Below are positions 16,523-33,813 of a stretch of 64,000 nt of DNA, one piece after another. The position numbers and the translations under genes were made by a program. Source of the DNA: Trichinella spiralis (lineage: Eukaryota); the NCBI RefSeq assembly GCF_000181795.1, contig NW_003526943.1, positions 1,855,647 through 1,919,646 on the forward strand, given 5' to 3'. Positions within the stretch are counted from its first letter, which is position 1. Each line of letters opens with the position of its first letter. The notes under the pieces were generated by a model. It was not told the origin of the DNA. It worked only from the letters and a program-made list of their open reading frames with translations, and did not search any database.

Positions 16523-17838
16523 ATTTTTTTATAAAAAAGAGGTTGTAATTTCTTCGATATGTGAGTAAATAAATTTACATTCCTTGATGTGTGTGATGGT
16601 TGCTTTCACCACAACTGGTATATATATCACTCTAAATGTAAAACTGAAAATTCTTCAATCAAATTGTTGCATTTTAATTTTAAAAAAGCAAAAATTAATT
16701 AATTAAAAAAATAAAAAGACTGAATTGTTGTAATATTTTTCTATTAAGTGACAGATAAGAACGTATGAGTGTAAAATTAAAAAAATGTACACAAAATAGA
16801 AAAGTGAAGAGAAAATTACCTCAGTATATTTTCAAATGAGAAATTTTCAAAAATTTTGCAAACTTTGTGAATCACCCCTTTTGGCGTATTTAGCGAATCG
16901 TGAAAACTGACTGCCAGTATTTATATTGAACTATTTGGTAGCAGCGAACCGCGAAAGGACACCTCGTTTTCGATCTTTTGTGCCATACCCATAAGAACCA
17001 GTTTCAATCAAAAGTTCTCTTTCTATAGTTCTGTATCAAAAATTGAATGAAAAAATGGGTCACTTATTGTCTTTAACCAAGCCTTTTGTATTAAACTGCT
17101 ATTCTATTATGCAACAGTCGCTATTTTATTTCTCTCTTTATTATTATGTTTTTTCCTTTTTAATAAACAGCCGCTTGATAATTTAACGACATATGAAATA
17201 ATTCATGTGAATCAATGTATAAGCAGCATATAAATAAATAAAATTATACAACTTTTAGTTTACACTGCTTTAAATAACTTTTTCCATGCAAAATTCATTT
17301 ACAATCTTGTTTTATATAAAAAAAGATTTTCAAGTAATTCAGCAAGTAAAACTGATCAGTTAATCCATTTATTATTTCAACAATTGTTCAACTTATTTTT
17401 CAAAATGAAATTCATTTTTTAATTTAAATGAAGTAACTGTAAAAATAAAATATTTTTTTGATGATGAATTTTCCTTAATATTTGGAAAACATACTTTAAA
17501 CTTCATGAAACACTATTTTAAATAAAAATGGTCTACCTGAAAGTTGTCCTATTTTTTAAATCATTTCACAAATGCCATTTCCATGAAGCGTTAGTTGGCA
17601 CATTTGTCTGAAATAAAAAATTTGTTTTAAATTTAATTTCAATTGGCACGTCTAATTTTATGCTGTAATGCAATCTTCAAGTTGAGAAGATTTGCTTAAA
17701 CGTGTTCATCAATTTATCATTACTGACTGTTACATCAATGCAAATTGAAATTATTTTCGTATCGTTTAATAGTTTGGATTACAAATAGAATAAAAGTTTA
17801 CGCTTACACGATAAAACGAAATGGAAAACAATAGGATA

Positions 17839-18799
17839 TGTAGAAACGGGGTAGATTCCGAGTTTACACCAAAGACATGCCGCTTCACACTTTCATTGGT
17901 TGTAAATTTTGCGTAGAACTCTGATTAATTTTAAATTTCATTGGTTTACACGACGGCTAAATTTCATTAGTTGTTGTTGCGACGAATTTTACTCGCTGTT
18001 GGGAACCTAAATTTTACTGGTTGTCAATGTTATGCATTGTATTTGCCAAAATTTGGTTTCTTTTTAATGACCACTTTTTTATTCGAAGCTTTACTATCTA
18101 TCTTTTGTGTGTATATATATATTAGTAGTAGCTAAATTATAAATTTAAAAGCTGACTAGAAATTTAAATTTATAAATTTATTAACAAATTTTCTTGCGGT
18201 TTCATTTCTGTGTATAATTATACTGATAAAACTACTGATCAGATCTAAAAAATTCGCATGTAGAAACTATAAAAAAACTTGTAAAACGGGTTCTAATCGG
18301 ATTGAATAATCGATCGTCAGGTTCTTCTGACTATCTAATGACGGAGCGCCAATTCAGAATTCAATGCACTCAAAATCGTTCACCACCCTGAGTGGTAGAT
18401 CAAGTAGTTTTCAATTCGTACTACTTCGACGTCCGTATCGAGTATCAGCGTCTTTCCTTTCTACTGATATTGCTCAAATCAGTCTTCTTCGTTCTGGTGA
18501 TTCCTGTTTTCGCACATAGTATCAGGACTGTATCCAGAAATCACACAAGTTCCGTCTTTAGGCGAACTCCTTGGTTCAAGCAAGAAGTACACGATCATCT
18601 TCGTTTACGTAACTTCTTACGCAAACAGTAAATTCAAACGAAAGTACAACTGTATCTTCGTTTCTTCACGCGGTATATGTAGCAACCGTAACGATTGCAC
18701 TTAGTCAACAATAATCGATGGAATCAAGATTTTACTATCGTCCTAATTTCGTCAAAAATAAATCAATCTTTGTCAATATTTTTCATACAGTATGTTACA
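17839..18799 (+). mobile_element. Possible degenerate solo LTR or other repeat (~950 bp)
   Basis: Begins TGTAGAAA and ends near TTTCATACA/GTTACA. Contains repeated TTTCATTGGTT (CCAAT-box-like) units, TATAAAA at ~18268 and AATAAA at ~18757. GC is elevated and there is no credible ORF. No convincing TSD. Confidence 0.4.
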
Positions 18800-19151
18800 G
18801 TAAGTATTCAGGATAATCAAGATACCTGCTGTTATCACTGTTCACAACAAAACTATATATTTAAACTATAAAAAAAGTTGAATAACTTCTTGAAATTTCA
18901 TCATGCTCAAGAGGTTATCATAAAAAGCATTACTTACAGTAATATGTAGTAGTGAATGATGTCAGAACTGTTTCAAATCTAAACATGGAATCTGAACATC
19001 GTAAAAAAATGCATAAATTTACTATAATATCAAAGTAAATATTTTTTTGTATTTAACAAAAGTTTTGAACTTGAAAATCTTTCAATTCCATTACTGTCAG
19101 TCTTTCTACTTTGTAACTTGAATCAACTTGAAAGAATGTAATGAATTTATT

Positions 19152-21576
19152 TTATGATATCATAATAATTTTTCTCAGTAATATTTCAGAAAATATTCTT
19201 TGGCTGAATTTTTTTTCAATCATAATTTTTCCATTTTGTCCATATTGGTCTCTTTCGGCTGAATTCAGAGCTAACACCTTAGCCATGGCATCGGAAAAAT
19301 TTTCAGCTCCAAAATCAACCAATATTCCAGTTTTCCCATTTTCCACAGTTTCATTGGTTCCACAGCCCGTCGCTGCAATAATTATTTTTCCAAAATAACT
19401 TCCTTCCAATGGTGTGATTCCAAAGTGTTCCATTGGTGGAGTATATATGACCCCAGTGCAACGACTTAAAAGTTGAACTTTTTCTTCCGATGAAACGTTT
19501 TGTAGAAAGATCACTTTATCTTCAATATTTTTCAATTTTGTTAATTTAATTAGCTCATCTCGACAATTCACTGAAGCATCAATGCGTTCTTCTACACTTC
19601 CAGCTATTATCAGATTCACTGACTTCCATACGTCGTTGGAAATTTTTCTTTTCAACATACCTTTTATAAATTGAAAAAATAATCAGGAATTTGTTGTACA
19701 ATTTTTCAGTTTTATTTCTATTTATAAAAATAACCTTCAGCATTCACTGAAATCATGGATTATGAAAAATTAAAGTATAGAAAATTTCTTACTGGCGCTA
19801 TAATTTTCTATTATTTGTTATTGTTTAACAAATAATCAGATTTAATTAAAATGTAAAAGGAGAAATTATAAAAACATTACAATATTTTTTAAGGTCATGG
19901 AAAGTAGGGAAAAAAGTAAATTAAAGTAGGATAAATTGATTAAAAAATATTTTATCTGTCTTTGAGGCTACAAAATAAATGTATGCAAAAATGCTTTTTG
20001 ATAATTAAGTTTCTTTGCGTTTTTAATAAAAATTTGTTTTGTTATAATTGCTTTTTACTTATTTTTTTAATTTTTATTAATGCAACTTTTTATGCTAACT
20101 TGAACTGCATTTTAAGTATTTTAAAATCACTTTAAGCTTGAACTGCTCATAATGGTAAAACATTTTCACAAACTGTTATAAATTATAATGTTTATTTATT
20201 TGATTTAATAGATTAAGGCATGACAATATGATTTACTATAAAATGTATGACAGCTTCACATTCACATTATGAATGAATACATACATATATTTGCTTATTA
20301 ATAAAAGTAAAATTAATTTATAAATTGCAAATGAACATCTTTTTATAAATGAATTATCATAAGCAATTTTTATAGTGCAAAATTAGCAAATAAAAAAGAT
20401 GGAACTTACTGAATGCTTCTATAGCAATATCGACGCGTTTTTCTGGCCAATAACGATTAAGTGATAAGAAATAATTGGTCGGTAATGTTTTGCAGTATTC
20501 AAACTTTGCTGCATCACTGCACTGAGTTGTCACAATAGGAATGGCAGGATAATGTACAGAGCATATTCGATTGCTTATCCAAGGAAAGCAGCGATTAACA
20601 TTGTGTACTTAAAAAACAATAAGTTATCATTTAAGAAAAATAAAAAATACATAATTTTCAAAATCGTTCACTAATACGTGTTGCTTTTTATTTTATCGTT
20701 AAAAAAACTAATTCTCAAAACAGTCACGCAACTTTCTAAAATTTTTAATTTTTTTAAAATTATAAACTGAAAATTCTTTTTAATTATTTTATAATATTGT
20801 TTTCATTAATTAAATTAATTTGAAAAGTTTAAAAAATTCAACTAGCACTGTACATGTGAATTTGCTGTTTGTCGATATTACATCACAAAATTTTATGCAC
20901 CACCTTTCAAGTAACCACATTTCAAAATAGAACACTTTTTCAATCAACCTTCTGTTAGGCAGCATAAGTTGATATGGAAAATGACAGTAATAGAAGATTT
21001 TTTTCCCAAACAAAAGTTTGAGCAGTGGAGCTGCTCCTGGACATCCATCTAGCATAACAATGTCAAATATACGACCCCATTTAAGCCATGCTCTGAATGC
21101 CAGGAAGTGCATTCCGTGAAACCAGTCACCACACATTGTAACCGAACCATATAACATTTCTGAAAACAGTTATTTTTATTTTCACTTTTTCTTGTGATTA
21201 TTAATTTACTTTATTCTGAAAGGATATTTTATTAAAATTATAAACTTTGCCTGTCCTATTTAGTTTATTATTTAATAAACTACACAGAAAATATGTTGTA
21301 CTGATAAAATCAACGCACCTGCATTTTAATGAACTTTTTTTTTCAAAACGTAAAAGTAATTAAAATTGAGCATAACAATTTATGTATAGCATATAGTGCT
21401 TTCAAAAAGAATTTACCAGTAACTGAATTTTTTAGCTTGTCTAGCCAGTAAGAATCACAGTGCCCAGTAACAAGATATACACTGTAGTTTCTGCCATTGA
21501 AAGCTTGAATTGCATCAAATACAACAGATTCAGCTCCACCAAACCAAAATTCAGGGTGACAGACCAATACACGCAT
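19152..21576 (-). CDS. ALG2: GT4-family glycosyltransferase, ALG2-like (possibly the nematode BUS-8-type paralogue); exons 21576-21417, 21159-20854, 20607-20410, 19660-19152
   Basis: HPEFWFGGAE, KIFYYCHFPYQL, NSKFT, FLSLNRYWPEKRVDIAIEAF, IYTPPMEHFGITPLE (EX7E), G..ETVENGKTG. The exons join in frame. Confidence 0.85.
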
Positions 21577-22542
21577 TGTTATAATTCAAAAACAAAATTC
21601 TAATAATAATATAAGCAGAAAAACAAAATAGCACCAAAAAAGGAAGATTTTAGATGAAAAGCACGAAACTAATACTGACGATTGTTCTTTCCTTCTCTTC
21701 AGATGTTAAAGTTTAAAGTAGCACCGACGCCAGCCGCATTTTTCTGGGGTCAAGGGAAATCATTTGCATTTAAGACCAGTTTTTATCAAGGTCCAAGCAA
21801 CTTCCCCAACAGTTTAAACCACTGATAAATTTTATCACAATGAATATGTTGAAATCATTTTGAATTTTACTTTTGCATGAATAGGATAATGTTGTTGATG
21901 GAAACCCTTACACATTCAATATAGACATTTGATAGAAGCTGTTTAGTTGATTGCATGAGAATTGTTAGATTTCTTTTGTAATAAAAATAGTTTTTAGTAT
22001 AATAATACGTTTTGATTTTTTAATACATGAGGAAGATATTTTCTCGAGTGCTTTTAAAGAAAAGAGGAATACGGTAAAATAGAATGAACTACAGTATGTG
22101 TAGTGATATAGTCATCCAATTGTAACAGAGACATGATTTTTTATTTGTACATTATCCCTGAATAAATTTGCGCTTTTTCATTCTTACAATCAAAGAATTC
22201 TTTACTTTAGCATTTAAAGTTTAATAATATTCTTAAAATTTAATACATGCAAAATTTTCAATCGCAAGCATTGCAACAAAACAAAATTATCAAGTCAACT
22301 CTGAAATTCAATAATGCCTTGATTGTTAGTAGTGTGGCAATTTAAAAGGAAAATTAAAATTATTAAAAATAATTAATGCTGCTTTAAGAAATTAACTGGG
22401 TTCAATCATGAAGGCAGTGAGCGTATTGATACAATTTGAATTCAGGTAGTACGTCAAAATGTGGACCATTTGCTCTGAAGTTGTAAATTATTTGACAAAT
22501 CACAGCAAGTATTTGACGTAAATTTCTGTTTCGTACTGCCGT

Positions 22543-24914
<2,372 letters not shown>

Positions 24915-27900
24915 TCTGCTGCAAGGATAGATCTCTACTAATAGCAGAGATTATATTCAACATTAATTTTAAAATAATGGGAGAATAAAACGAATTATAA
25001 ATAGTCGCGTTCAAAACATGCTTGATTGGAGTTGTTTTTTTTATTCTTCTGTCAAGATACAGCAAATAAAATGATGTAAAACAACGCCGACGTTAATGAA
25101 CCACGCAACTGAACCTCTCGACATTACAAAAACAAAAAAATGTATAAACCAGAAAAGAAAAGTATAAAAAAAGCAGTTTGATAAACAAGCAATAAAAAAA
25201 TAACCAAACGGCATTTTAGAAACTGCATTCTCTCTTAGGGCAAATTGTTATTAGCTAACAAGCGGTTTGTGAATACTAAAACGCATCGCCAATCAATTTG
25301 AAAATAAAATTTATCAATAGAAATGCAAACAGGCACACATGAACAAAATAAACCTGTTCGTACTATCATGATAGCAAGTGATTAATTTCGCTGCTAACAA
25401 AAACTTTAAGACGCATTTAATTATATATATATAAACATTTAGATGCTATCCATTTCATTTGATAATTTTCAAGCGGAAACGATTACGTCATATTTACAAA
25501 CATGCTAATATTCATTCTTCTGATGACAAACATAGTTCTTGTTTTTTTGTGCATTTCCTTCAACATGATTGAACCAATAATTGAAAAATTAGCACACCAA
25601 TACCTTCTTTTCTACTCTTTTCACCACTGGTAATCAAATTTCACTTTTTCTGAACTATAAAATGACATTTATCTGAAATATCAATTGAACACTTCAAACA
25701 ACAAATGAGGTTCTTTATTTAAAAAAATCAAATTTCAATAAAAAAATTAATTATTATGAAAATAAATCCATTTTTTGCACTTTTCAGTACACTGCTTACT
25801 AAACAGTATGCTGGATACATTTTACAACTACCAGGTTTTGTCAACTGCTTAACTGATTTATTAAGTAAAAAATTAACAAACTCTTGATAATTATTTTGTA
25901 GAAAATAATATTTAAAAAATTATTATCAATACATATTTAAATATGGAAAAAATAAAAATAAAATGGACGCTAAATAAACTTTTCCTTTTACTCATCAGTA
26001 GCATCAAATTTCATTTCATGACTGATGAATAATCATCATCGAAGAGCATCATTCATTATTAAGTGCAAGGTCTTTTTGCATTGAAATTAAATTTTCAATC
26101 TGAATTTCAATATAAGAAAAATGAAATTGAAAATAAGAAAAATTTGTAAATTTTTTTGAAATATAAAATTACAAATTATAATTACGGTCAATTGGTAAAC
26201 TGATGTCAAAAATAATTAAGCACCATCGTCAATCTTGTAAGCAACCTTATACTGATTTCTGTTTTTTCCGTTTTTTTTCTGTACCAGTTACCATTAGTAA
26301 TACGTAATAATGTAGGCAAGAAATTATGATGAGCAATTAATTATTAAATTTGTATCTTTATTATTTTAAGCAATACCATATCATGATAAGTATTATCTAA
26401 ATCAAATATTCCAATTAACATAACCGATTTTCAACTTTGACGAAAAACTGTGCTAATTACGTTCTTTCTTCCGTCATAAATATTTAATTTTTATGTTGTT
26501 GTAAATTATATTATCAGGATAATAACTTACGCTTGAAGTGAAAAAAGCTGCAATTTGGGACAGATACATTCTTTTATCAATTTATTTTTCTAAAATAATT
26601 AAGTTCAGTTAAAAAAAATAAAATAAAAATGTTTTCATTTTTAAAATATTACAGTAACATTAGATTTTTAATAAAAATCATCACATATACATACATGCGC
26701 CACCAGTTTAGATTTTGCGCTGATGCAAACAATTATTAAAAATACAAGCGCAATTCATATTATTAATTGAACATCTGTATATTATTTTAAAGAGTGAAGT
26801 AAAACATGTAATTTAAGAATGGATATATAATTATACTGTACATTGAATTCCCTCTTAAATTATGTTTCTATATTTATTTATTATTTTATTATTTTATGAA
26901 TAAACAACATTTTACAAAGTCACATGTTGAAATGCCATCTTAAAAGGTAAATCAAATTCCCATATTATCAATATTTCAAATGTTGATTTCAGTTACACGT
27001 TAATTTAAATTAACGCAAAATAAATTCAGCTGAAGTACGCGTGTCGCTGTTGATTAAGCCAAACAATATTTATTTTTGACAAACAGTCTTTCAGATTATC
27101 GAATAATAGGAAAAAGTTGCATCCTGGGTTATCAGTTGTTCAATAATAAGATAATTGCAAATACGATGCTTATCGACTTCAACAATTTAAAAAAATATAT
27201 TTAAAAATATTCAACAAACAAATGACAGTGTTCAATAATAAGTTTATGTGTGTTAATTAATTTATTCATTGTACTGGTTCTGTTTGACAAGGTTTCGTAA
27301 ATACAGTTGAATTAGAGTGTTGCAATGAATTAAAGGTGAACAGTATAAAAGTATATATATTATGTGAAAATATTAATATTCTTGGTTAACAATGGTGATT
27401 TATTAATTTAGTTTATTAATAATGCCTTTTTTTCATTCACTTACTACCACAATATTTATGTATCAATGGTTAATTTAATTTTAATCGTATTTTCATATTT
27501 CTAAATACAGAGGAAAATAGATAGCTAATGATAAATGAAGTTAATGCCATAATACTTTTTTTTAATATGGATGTGAATATAAATGTATTCGACAAAATAT
27601 TTGATGAATATTTTCAGATAATCAGATCAGTTTGTTTTATCACATATTTGTGAAAATACTTTTACTCTTTGTCGAATCCAGAAAATGAATATAGTAGAAA
27701 CAGTAAAAAATATTAATAAATAATGATTAACAAAAAAGAATGCAACTAATAATTAAAGGTCATTCTTAGTACATTTTTAGAGCAGCACAAACGTCAAATC
27801 AAACAAAAAAACATTATGGTTTGACATTTAAAAATTGAAGGTAAAAAATGTATCAGTACAAGTGTAAATAGCGCAAGAATAAATAAGTCGAATATAGTAC

Positions 27901-28520
27901 AACTGAAAATTATTTTTTGTTGCAGAGATACAAATAATTTATACAAAGATAATTATGCAGATATCATGAGGTAATATAGTTAGAAGATGTGTAATCGCAT
28001 GAAAATAATTCTTCATGATTACGTACATCTTCTCACTGTTCACATAGCAAATTTGCATTTGTTAATTTTTCCAGATTCCTGAGTAACATTAATTTATATC
28101 TATTCGCATGTAATTCGAAATGTATTCGCGTTTTAATGTTAAATGAATAACTTTTCCACTACCAGAAATGAGGTCTCATAAACAACACGAGCGGTCAAAT
28201 CGATTGTTGAAAAAAAGGCAATTTAATTAAAAAATAAAACTGAAAAAAATATTTTTAAATTAAAACTTTTACATAATCGACTTGAAGAGCATCTATTTAA
28301 GCACAACAACAATTACAATGTATGAACTTTTTTTAAAATTGTTCTTTCATCATTGCAAAAATCTATTAAATTAACAAACTGCGTCATGTGAAAATGTTAT
28401 TACTTTTTCTAAAACAATATTAAGATGTAAAAAGTTTTTCGTAGTAAATTGTACTTCAAAAAATTACAACTTATTTTAAAATGTAATTGTTAAATTCTGA
28501 ATAGTGGGCATTTCTCGACA

Positions 28521-28604
28521 GACAAGATGGCCGAGCGGTCTAAGGCGCTGCGTTCAGGTCGCAGTCCACTCCTGTGGGCGTGGGTTCGAATCCCACTCTT
28601 GTCA
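28521..28604 (+). tRNA. trnL-CAG: tRNA-Leu, anticodon CAG
   Basis: GACAAGA/TCTTGTC acceptor stem, D-arm TGGCCGAGCGGTCTAAGG, anticodon arm CTGCG-TTCAGGT-CGCAG, long variable arm and T-loop GTTCGAATCC. Confidence 0.97.
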
Positions 28605-31067
28605 AGACATTTTCACAACTTTGATAGCTAATAATTTTTATGATTCTGTGATCACCGGCTACTATGTACAATTTTATTAAACAAGCTCCATTTATTGCAA
28701 CTGTATATTTATATGAAATGGAGCTGCTTGTATGAAACTTTTCTTACATAAAATTCATAAATATTTGATTAACATTTAGTGAAAATTATTATAATTTTGT
28801 TGAATTTTATGAAATACATATTTTTTTATAATTTTATAATTTTTTTACCATAATATTTACAATGTGTAGTAATACTTATAAACCTGTAAATTGTTAATAT
28901 TTACAGTAAGGAACTTCATCTGCTTGTTATTTCGAAAGGTTTACATTTTATTTTGGAATTAAAGATTTCTGAGGTGATTCAGTTAATGCTATTCTGAAAT
29001 TTTAAATTATTTTTTAGTCTAAATTTTTCCATTATGCTGCTACAGTTTCCATCGTAAGTGTTTGTGGATGACGCTTATATTACATGACAAGTCAGTTTTA
29101 ATGTTTCTATAAAGTTAAAATTTTTCGCTTAGTTTATTGTCATTTTCTGTTAATGATTCTGTTAATGACAAACGGTGATAATTTATGTAAAGCATGGATG
29201 TTTTACAGCATTTTATTACATTGTTAATTTGCTTATCTTTTAACTGCTTATTTGTTTTTTTCATAAAAATAATTCAGCCTGATTTTATGTGTTAAAGCAA
29301 TATAAAAGCCTGCGATGTTGAGTTCTTATCTTTATACATGATTGTATTCGAATTAGATTAAAAAATTTTCTGCTTGAAAATGTCCGTTATATTTGCTTTT
29401 TGATAGATACTGTTGTTATTATTTCTGTTTCATATATTTCCAACAAGGAATTAGTGATGCGTTGCTTTGCACACAATTGCTATCGTATTTTTGAAAATAG
29501 CATTAGCTACTTAACTCATGCAGAAGATCATGACTTCATTTCCAGAATTACATTCCTGATTTTCATCTCGCATTTGTTAATGCTTTATTAATTTCTTATT
29601 TTCCAAAATAATTCTAAGGAAATATGATGATTTTCTGAATTTGTTGAAAATTCAAGTTCATCATTTTGAATTCATTTATATTCCTTATCTATCTGTAATC
29701 ATTTCTTCATTGATTTTAGAATAATTGAAAAGATGGCAATTTTTCATTTCCCCATCAGTAAGTAAAGATTTTTTAAAACTATGACGACTGCTGAATATCG
29801 GTTGCTTTATTATCTTTCAAGCAAAAATGGAATTTTAGAAAATATAAGCGAAAACAGTTTTTGAATAATTATTTATTTAAGTTTCTCTAATGTTGTTTCT
29901 GTTTGATTTGTATTTTTCTTTATTATATTTTATTTGTATTTTATATGTTATTTATTATTTCACCATAATATTGTTGTGCTTTCTTAAATCTGAGTATCTT
30001 CGCATTTTAGAATTTTATCTAATTATTACATTCAGTCTCTATTGAAATATGGCTCTACATTTTGCTCGGTAAATAATCAATAGTTTTTGGCATGCAGCTA
30101 AATGTTATATGATTAGCTATTTATTTATTGTCTCTGTTCGAGTGATTGAAATATGTTGTTGTAGAAATGAAATGTTATAAATATTTTTGATAGTTTGCAA
30201 TTGAAAAAAGTACATTTTTATTTTTGTGAAAATTGTATTATTTTATTTTCACACTAAGATAAAAAATATTATTTCAAAGCAAATCATTGCATACTTTCAG
30301 TGTTTTGAAAATTAATATATCAGTGTTAATTGTGAATGATTATTACACGCTGTGGTATATCATTTCGCATGGAATTTTTTAAATGTAACATTAATTTTGG
30401 AGAACAGTTATTTTGTTTGATTGTTAAAAAAATATATGTAAAATTTAGCATTGGAAGCTGAATTGATTGTTTGATTGAAGGACAAGCAAAGTATAAAAGA
30501 GTGGTCTTTTCTCAGGCGGAATCTATTGACATTTCCACTTTCCAGAGAGTTGTTATGCTAGCATTTTTTACATGAAAAATAAATAATTTAATTTTTTTTC
30601 CTATGAATTTCATAATTTTATTCTTTATGCGTGATTCTTTTAAAATTGGTGAATTCTTCAATATACTTCTTGTTTGAATACTTCATTTGATAAAAAGTAC
30701 ATTTTTATGCTTCATCGAATTTGAAAAGAGTTTTAAATAAGTGCCAAACACTACTGTAAACTATTGACTGTTATATCATTGTAACTTATATGCATGAATT
30801 GCGCTTTGCTTACTAAGTCGACTTTTAATTACGGTCAGTCTGTGATTAATTTAGCAGCTGATTGATTTTACCAATTTTTTGCAGCAGATGGAATTATTAC
30901 CTATTCTGCATCAATAATTTTTCAGGAATACTATTATAGAAAAAATATCCTATTACCGCGAACCTAATTACCTTTTAAAACCTATGATCATTACATCCTT
31001 GTTACAGATTGGATTGCGCTACATGCCAAATATTGCACTCCTTTGAAAGTCAGTGCTAACAATTGCG

Positions 31068-33073
31068 ATGTCCACCAATTCAAAGAGCTCTGAGTCATGC
31101 TTGTGTGTATCGCTGCTATTGCAGAAAATATCCAACTTGAGAAAAAAGCAATCATTTACAGGTCAGTAGTGTAATCGAGTTGAAATTTTTCATCGAATTT
31201 CAGTAAAACATTTTAAAATGCAGAACTGGACAGTTATGTGATGGTATCCAACGTTGACAAACATGCTTGGGCACGCATTTTTGCTGAATTTTTTCTAGTA
31301 AATGCTCACTGCACAAAATCGCACTGCTCTTTCCAGACGGACGACATACTTTGGTATGTACCACACTCATCATTTATCTACAACAGCTTTTTAACCAGTC
31401 AGGTATGAAACTTTTTCTTCAGTTATTATGACAAGTGAAATATGAATTAGAAGTTCATTATTGAATAATATGACATATTAATTTATGAATTGAATTAAGA
31501 TTCATATTGTGCGTTTTAAGTTTACTGTAATTAGTTGATTTCCAAGCTAAATTAACGGATGTGAAGATTTAAATTAGTAGCAAATTGTTCTGTTTTATTT
31601 TAAAAAAATTATAGAAGTATTGGATTTTTTGTTAATTTTATTCAATCAGTCAATGAGAAGATGATAAAACTGGTAATTTTAGTCGGGGTTTATTAAAGTT
31701 TACCGGAAAACTAGCAAGAAACAGCCATCTCCGGGATCTCAGTCAATAAATTGGGAAGAAACACTATACCTCAATTTGTTGCTCCATGAAGTACGAATAT
31801 ATTTATATTTTTTCTGTATTAGAATACAGTGTTTTTTGAGGTTGAATACGTGCTCACCTGTGCTGTTTGCACAAGAACGAGTCCTCAGAATTTGCAGATA
31901 CTGAAAAAGTATTCACAAGTATGTATGCTCTTTGAAAATGAAATATATGAACAATGAGATTTATTTTATTTTATGTTATTTTATATTTAAAGCGCGTCTA
32001 TGCATCACCAAGTCGGCATAGGATGGACAGCAAGGGTGAATCTGAAGAATTTACATATCCGAATATATGTTTTCCTGTGGATAATTTTGAACAGGTAAAT
32101 TTTTCGAAAATTGACACGAGCTTATTATTTAACATTTGTTTAGTTTGATGTAGGTGTTTAAAGAAATTGTGATTCGTGATGGGGAATGTGTTTGTGTTGA
32201 ACTGGTTGCAAAAGATTTATCTGGTCAGTATGTGTCGACAATATTTCTTGGTTCAATTCGGTACGAAGTTTTGAAGCAAGTATATGATTCGAAGGTATTA
32301 AAACATGCTTAATATACATGTGCAGAAGTGGTTTTCAATATGAAGCGTATTCAGATTTGCAGTACTTGGAATTGGGCAAATAATCTGATTCGTTCCACTG
32401 GTCACAAGAGATTGGAGTTTGTCATAATGAGAGGGCCACGTGGAAAGGGCTTTGCTGAAATGGCAGTTGCTCGGGTTCCTGTCCAAGGATACCAGACTCC
32501 AGTTAGTTCGATCGGTAGTTATGACGAAAAAGATTTATTATCTGCTGTGAAAGCCTATCAGCGCCGGCGAAGCGATACCAATTTGTCTAGATGGAGTTGC
32601 GTTACCTCGAGTTTTTACGAAAACTACAAATCGACTTGTCATCCGGTAAAAAAATGCCCCAGTGAAACAGACACCAGCAGGCAATGGCCTGAAGTTGAGG
32701 CCAGCACCATTGACGATGGTAGTAACAGTTTTGGAGAAATGTTATTTGAAAATTTGTCGAAATCATATTATTATATGTTTAGAAATTGGAAATGAATCGT
32801 TGGCATTAGGACAGCTGTGGAGCACACGAGGTTTCAGTCAAGCATGGCATCGATTAAGAGAAAAACGCCGTGCTGATTGCGTTCCGTTGAATGCCCATCT
32901 CACTTACATTACTTTACCATGGTCTTCAATTGTAGCAGGTAACCAGTGATGATGTGTTAGTGTTTTAACTGATAAATTTGCATATGGTATATTCAGACTT
33001 GATGGACAGCTGCAGGACACCTTTGCTCACTTTTGATAGTGCTTCTGAATCAGAGCACCCGATTTCAAACTGA
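31068..33073 (+). CDS. KIAA0930: KIAA0930-like (DUF2045) conserved protein, multi-exon
   Basis: DDILWYV, VYASPSRHRMDSKGESEEFTYPNICFPVDNFE, DGECVCVELVA, EFVIMRGPRGKGFAEMAV and LTYITLPW, across spliceable exons. The start codon is inferred. Confidence 0.88.
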
Positions 33074-33813
33074 TATTTAGTGAATTTCAAATTTAAACAA
33101 CGATTTTTAACCGTTTGTATCATTGATCATTAACTGTTTATGTATCAGGTTAATAAAAAATATTCAGCAAATATATAAGTTTTCAATAATTTGGTAATCT
33201 AAAAAAGGTTTTCAATTTATTTCAAAGGATATCTGGTTTTTTTATTCATTAATTTTTCATTCAATGATAACTGCTTTCAATTATTATGTAAAAAAGCAAT
33301 AACTATCACTGATTTTCATTGTTTGATACGCAACTGAAATGCGTTTTCATTCCATAGAGTTTGCCTGGATGAAAATTGCTCGCAGAATCAAAGTAAACCT
33401 AAAAATATCGAACAACTCAACAAGCGCATTGCATTAAATAGGCATTTACATATAAATATTTATACGTGATACATTTACTTATAGTGTTCTCAAGTAATAT
33501 ATTTATTTAACAATTGTTTCATGTAATGTTGATTATTATTGCAAAAATTTAAATCATCACAACTTAGCGAGTATTTTTTTCCATATCAAAATTTAAATAT
33601 TATTTATTAATTTTTAAAAAGTAATAGTTTTGACAGAAAATGAAAAGTTACCTTATAAAATTACTTTAAATTTAAACCAGCAGAGAATAGTGAAAAGGTA
33701 TTTTAAAATTTTTTAGTTTAAAGTTCCATTTTAAAGTTACTTCTCTCAAAAGTGACATAACGAAGCAATAATCATTTTCGACAGCGGAGCCGAAGTGATC
33801 AGCGGATAGAAAG

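Noticed and set aside
25100..30800. Long intergenic stretch searched for hidden genes or arrays
   Set aside because: Only the tRNA-Leu is supported; the rest is AT-rich DNA with scattered GATA sites that cannot be distinguished from chance.
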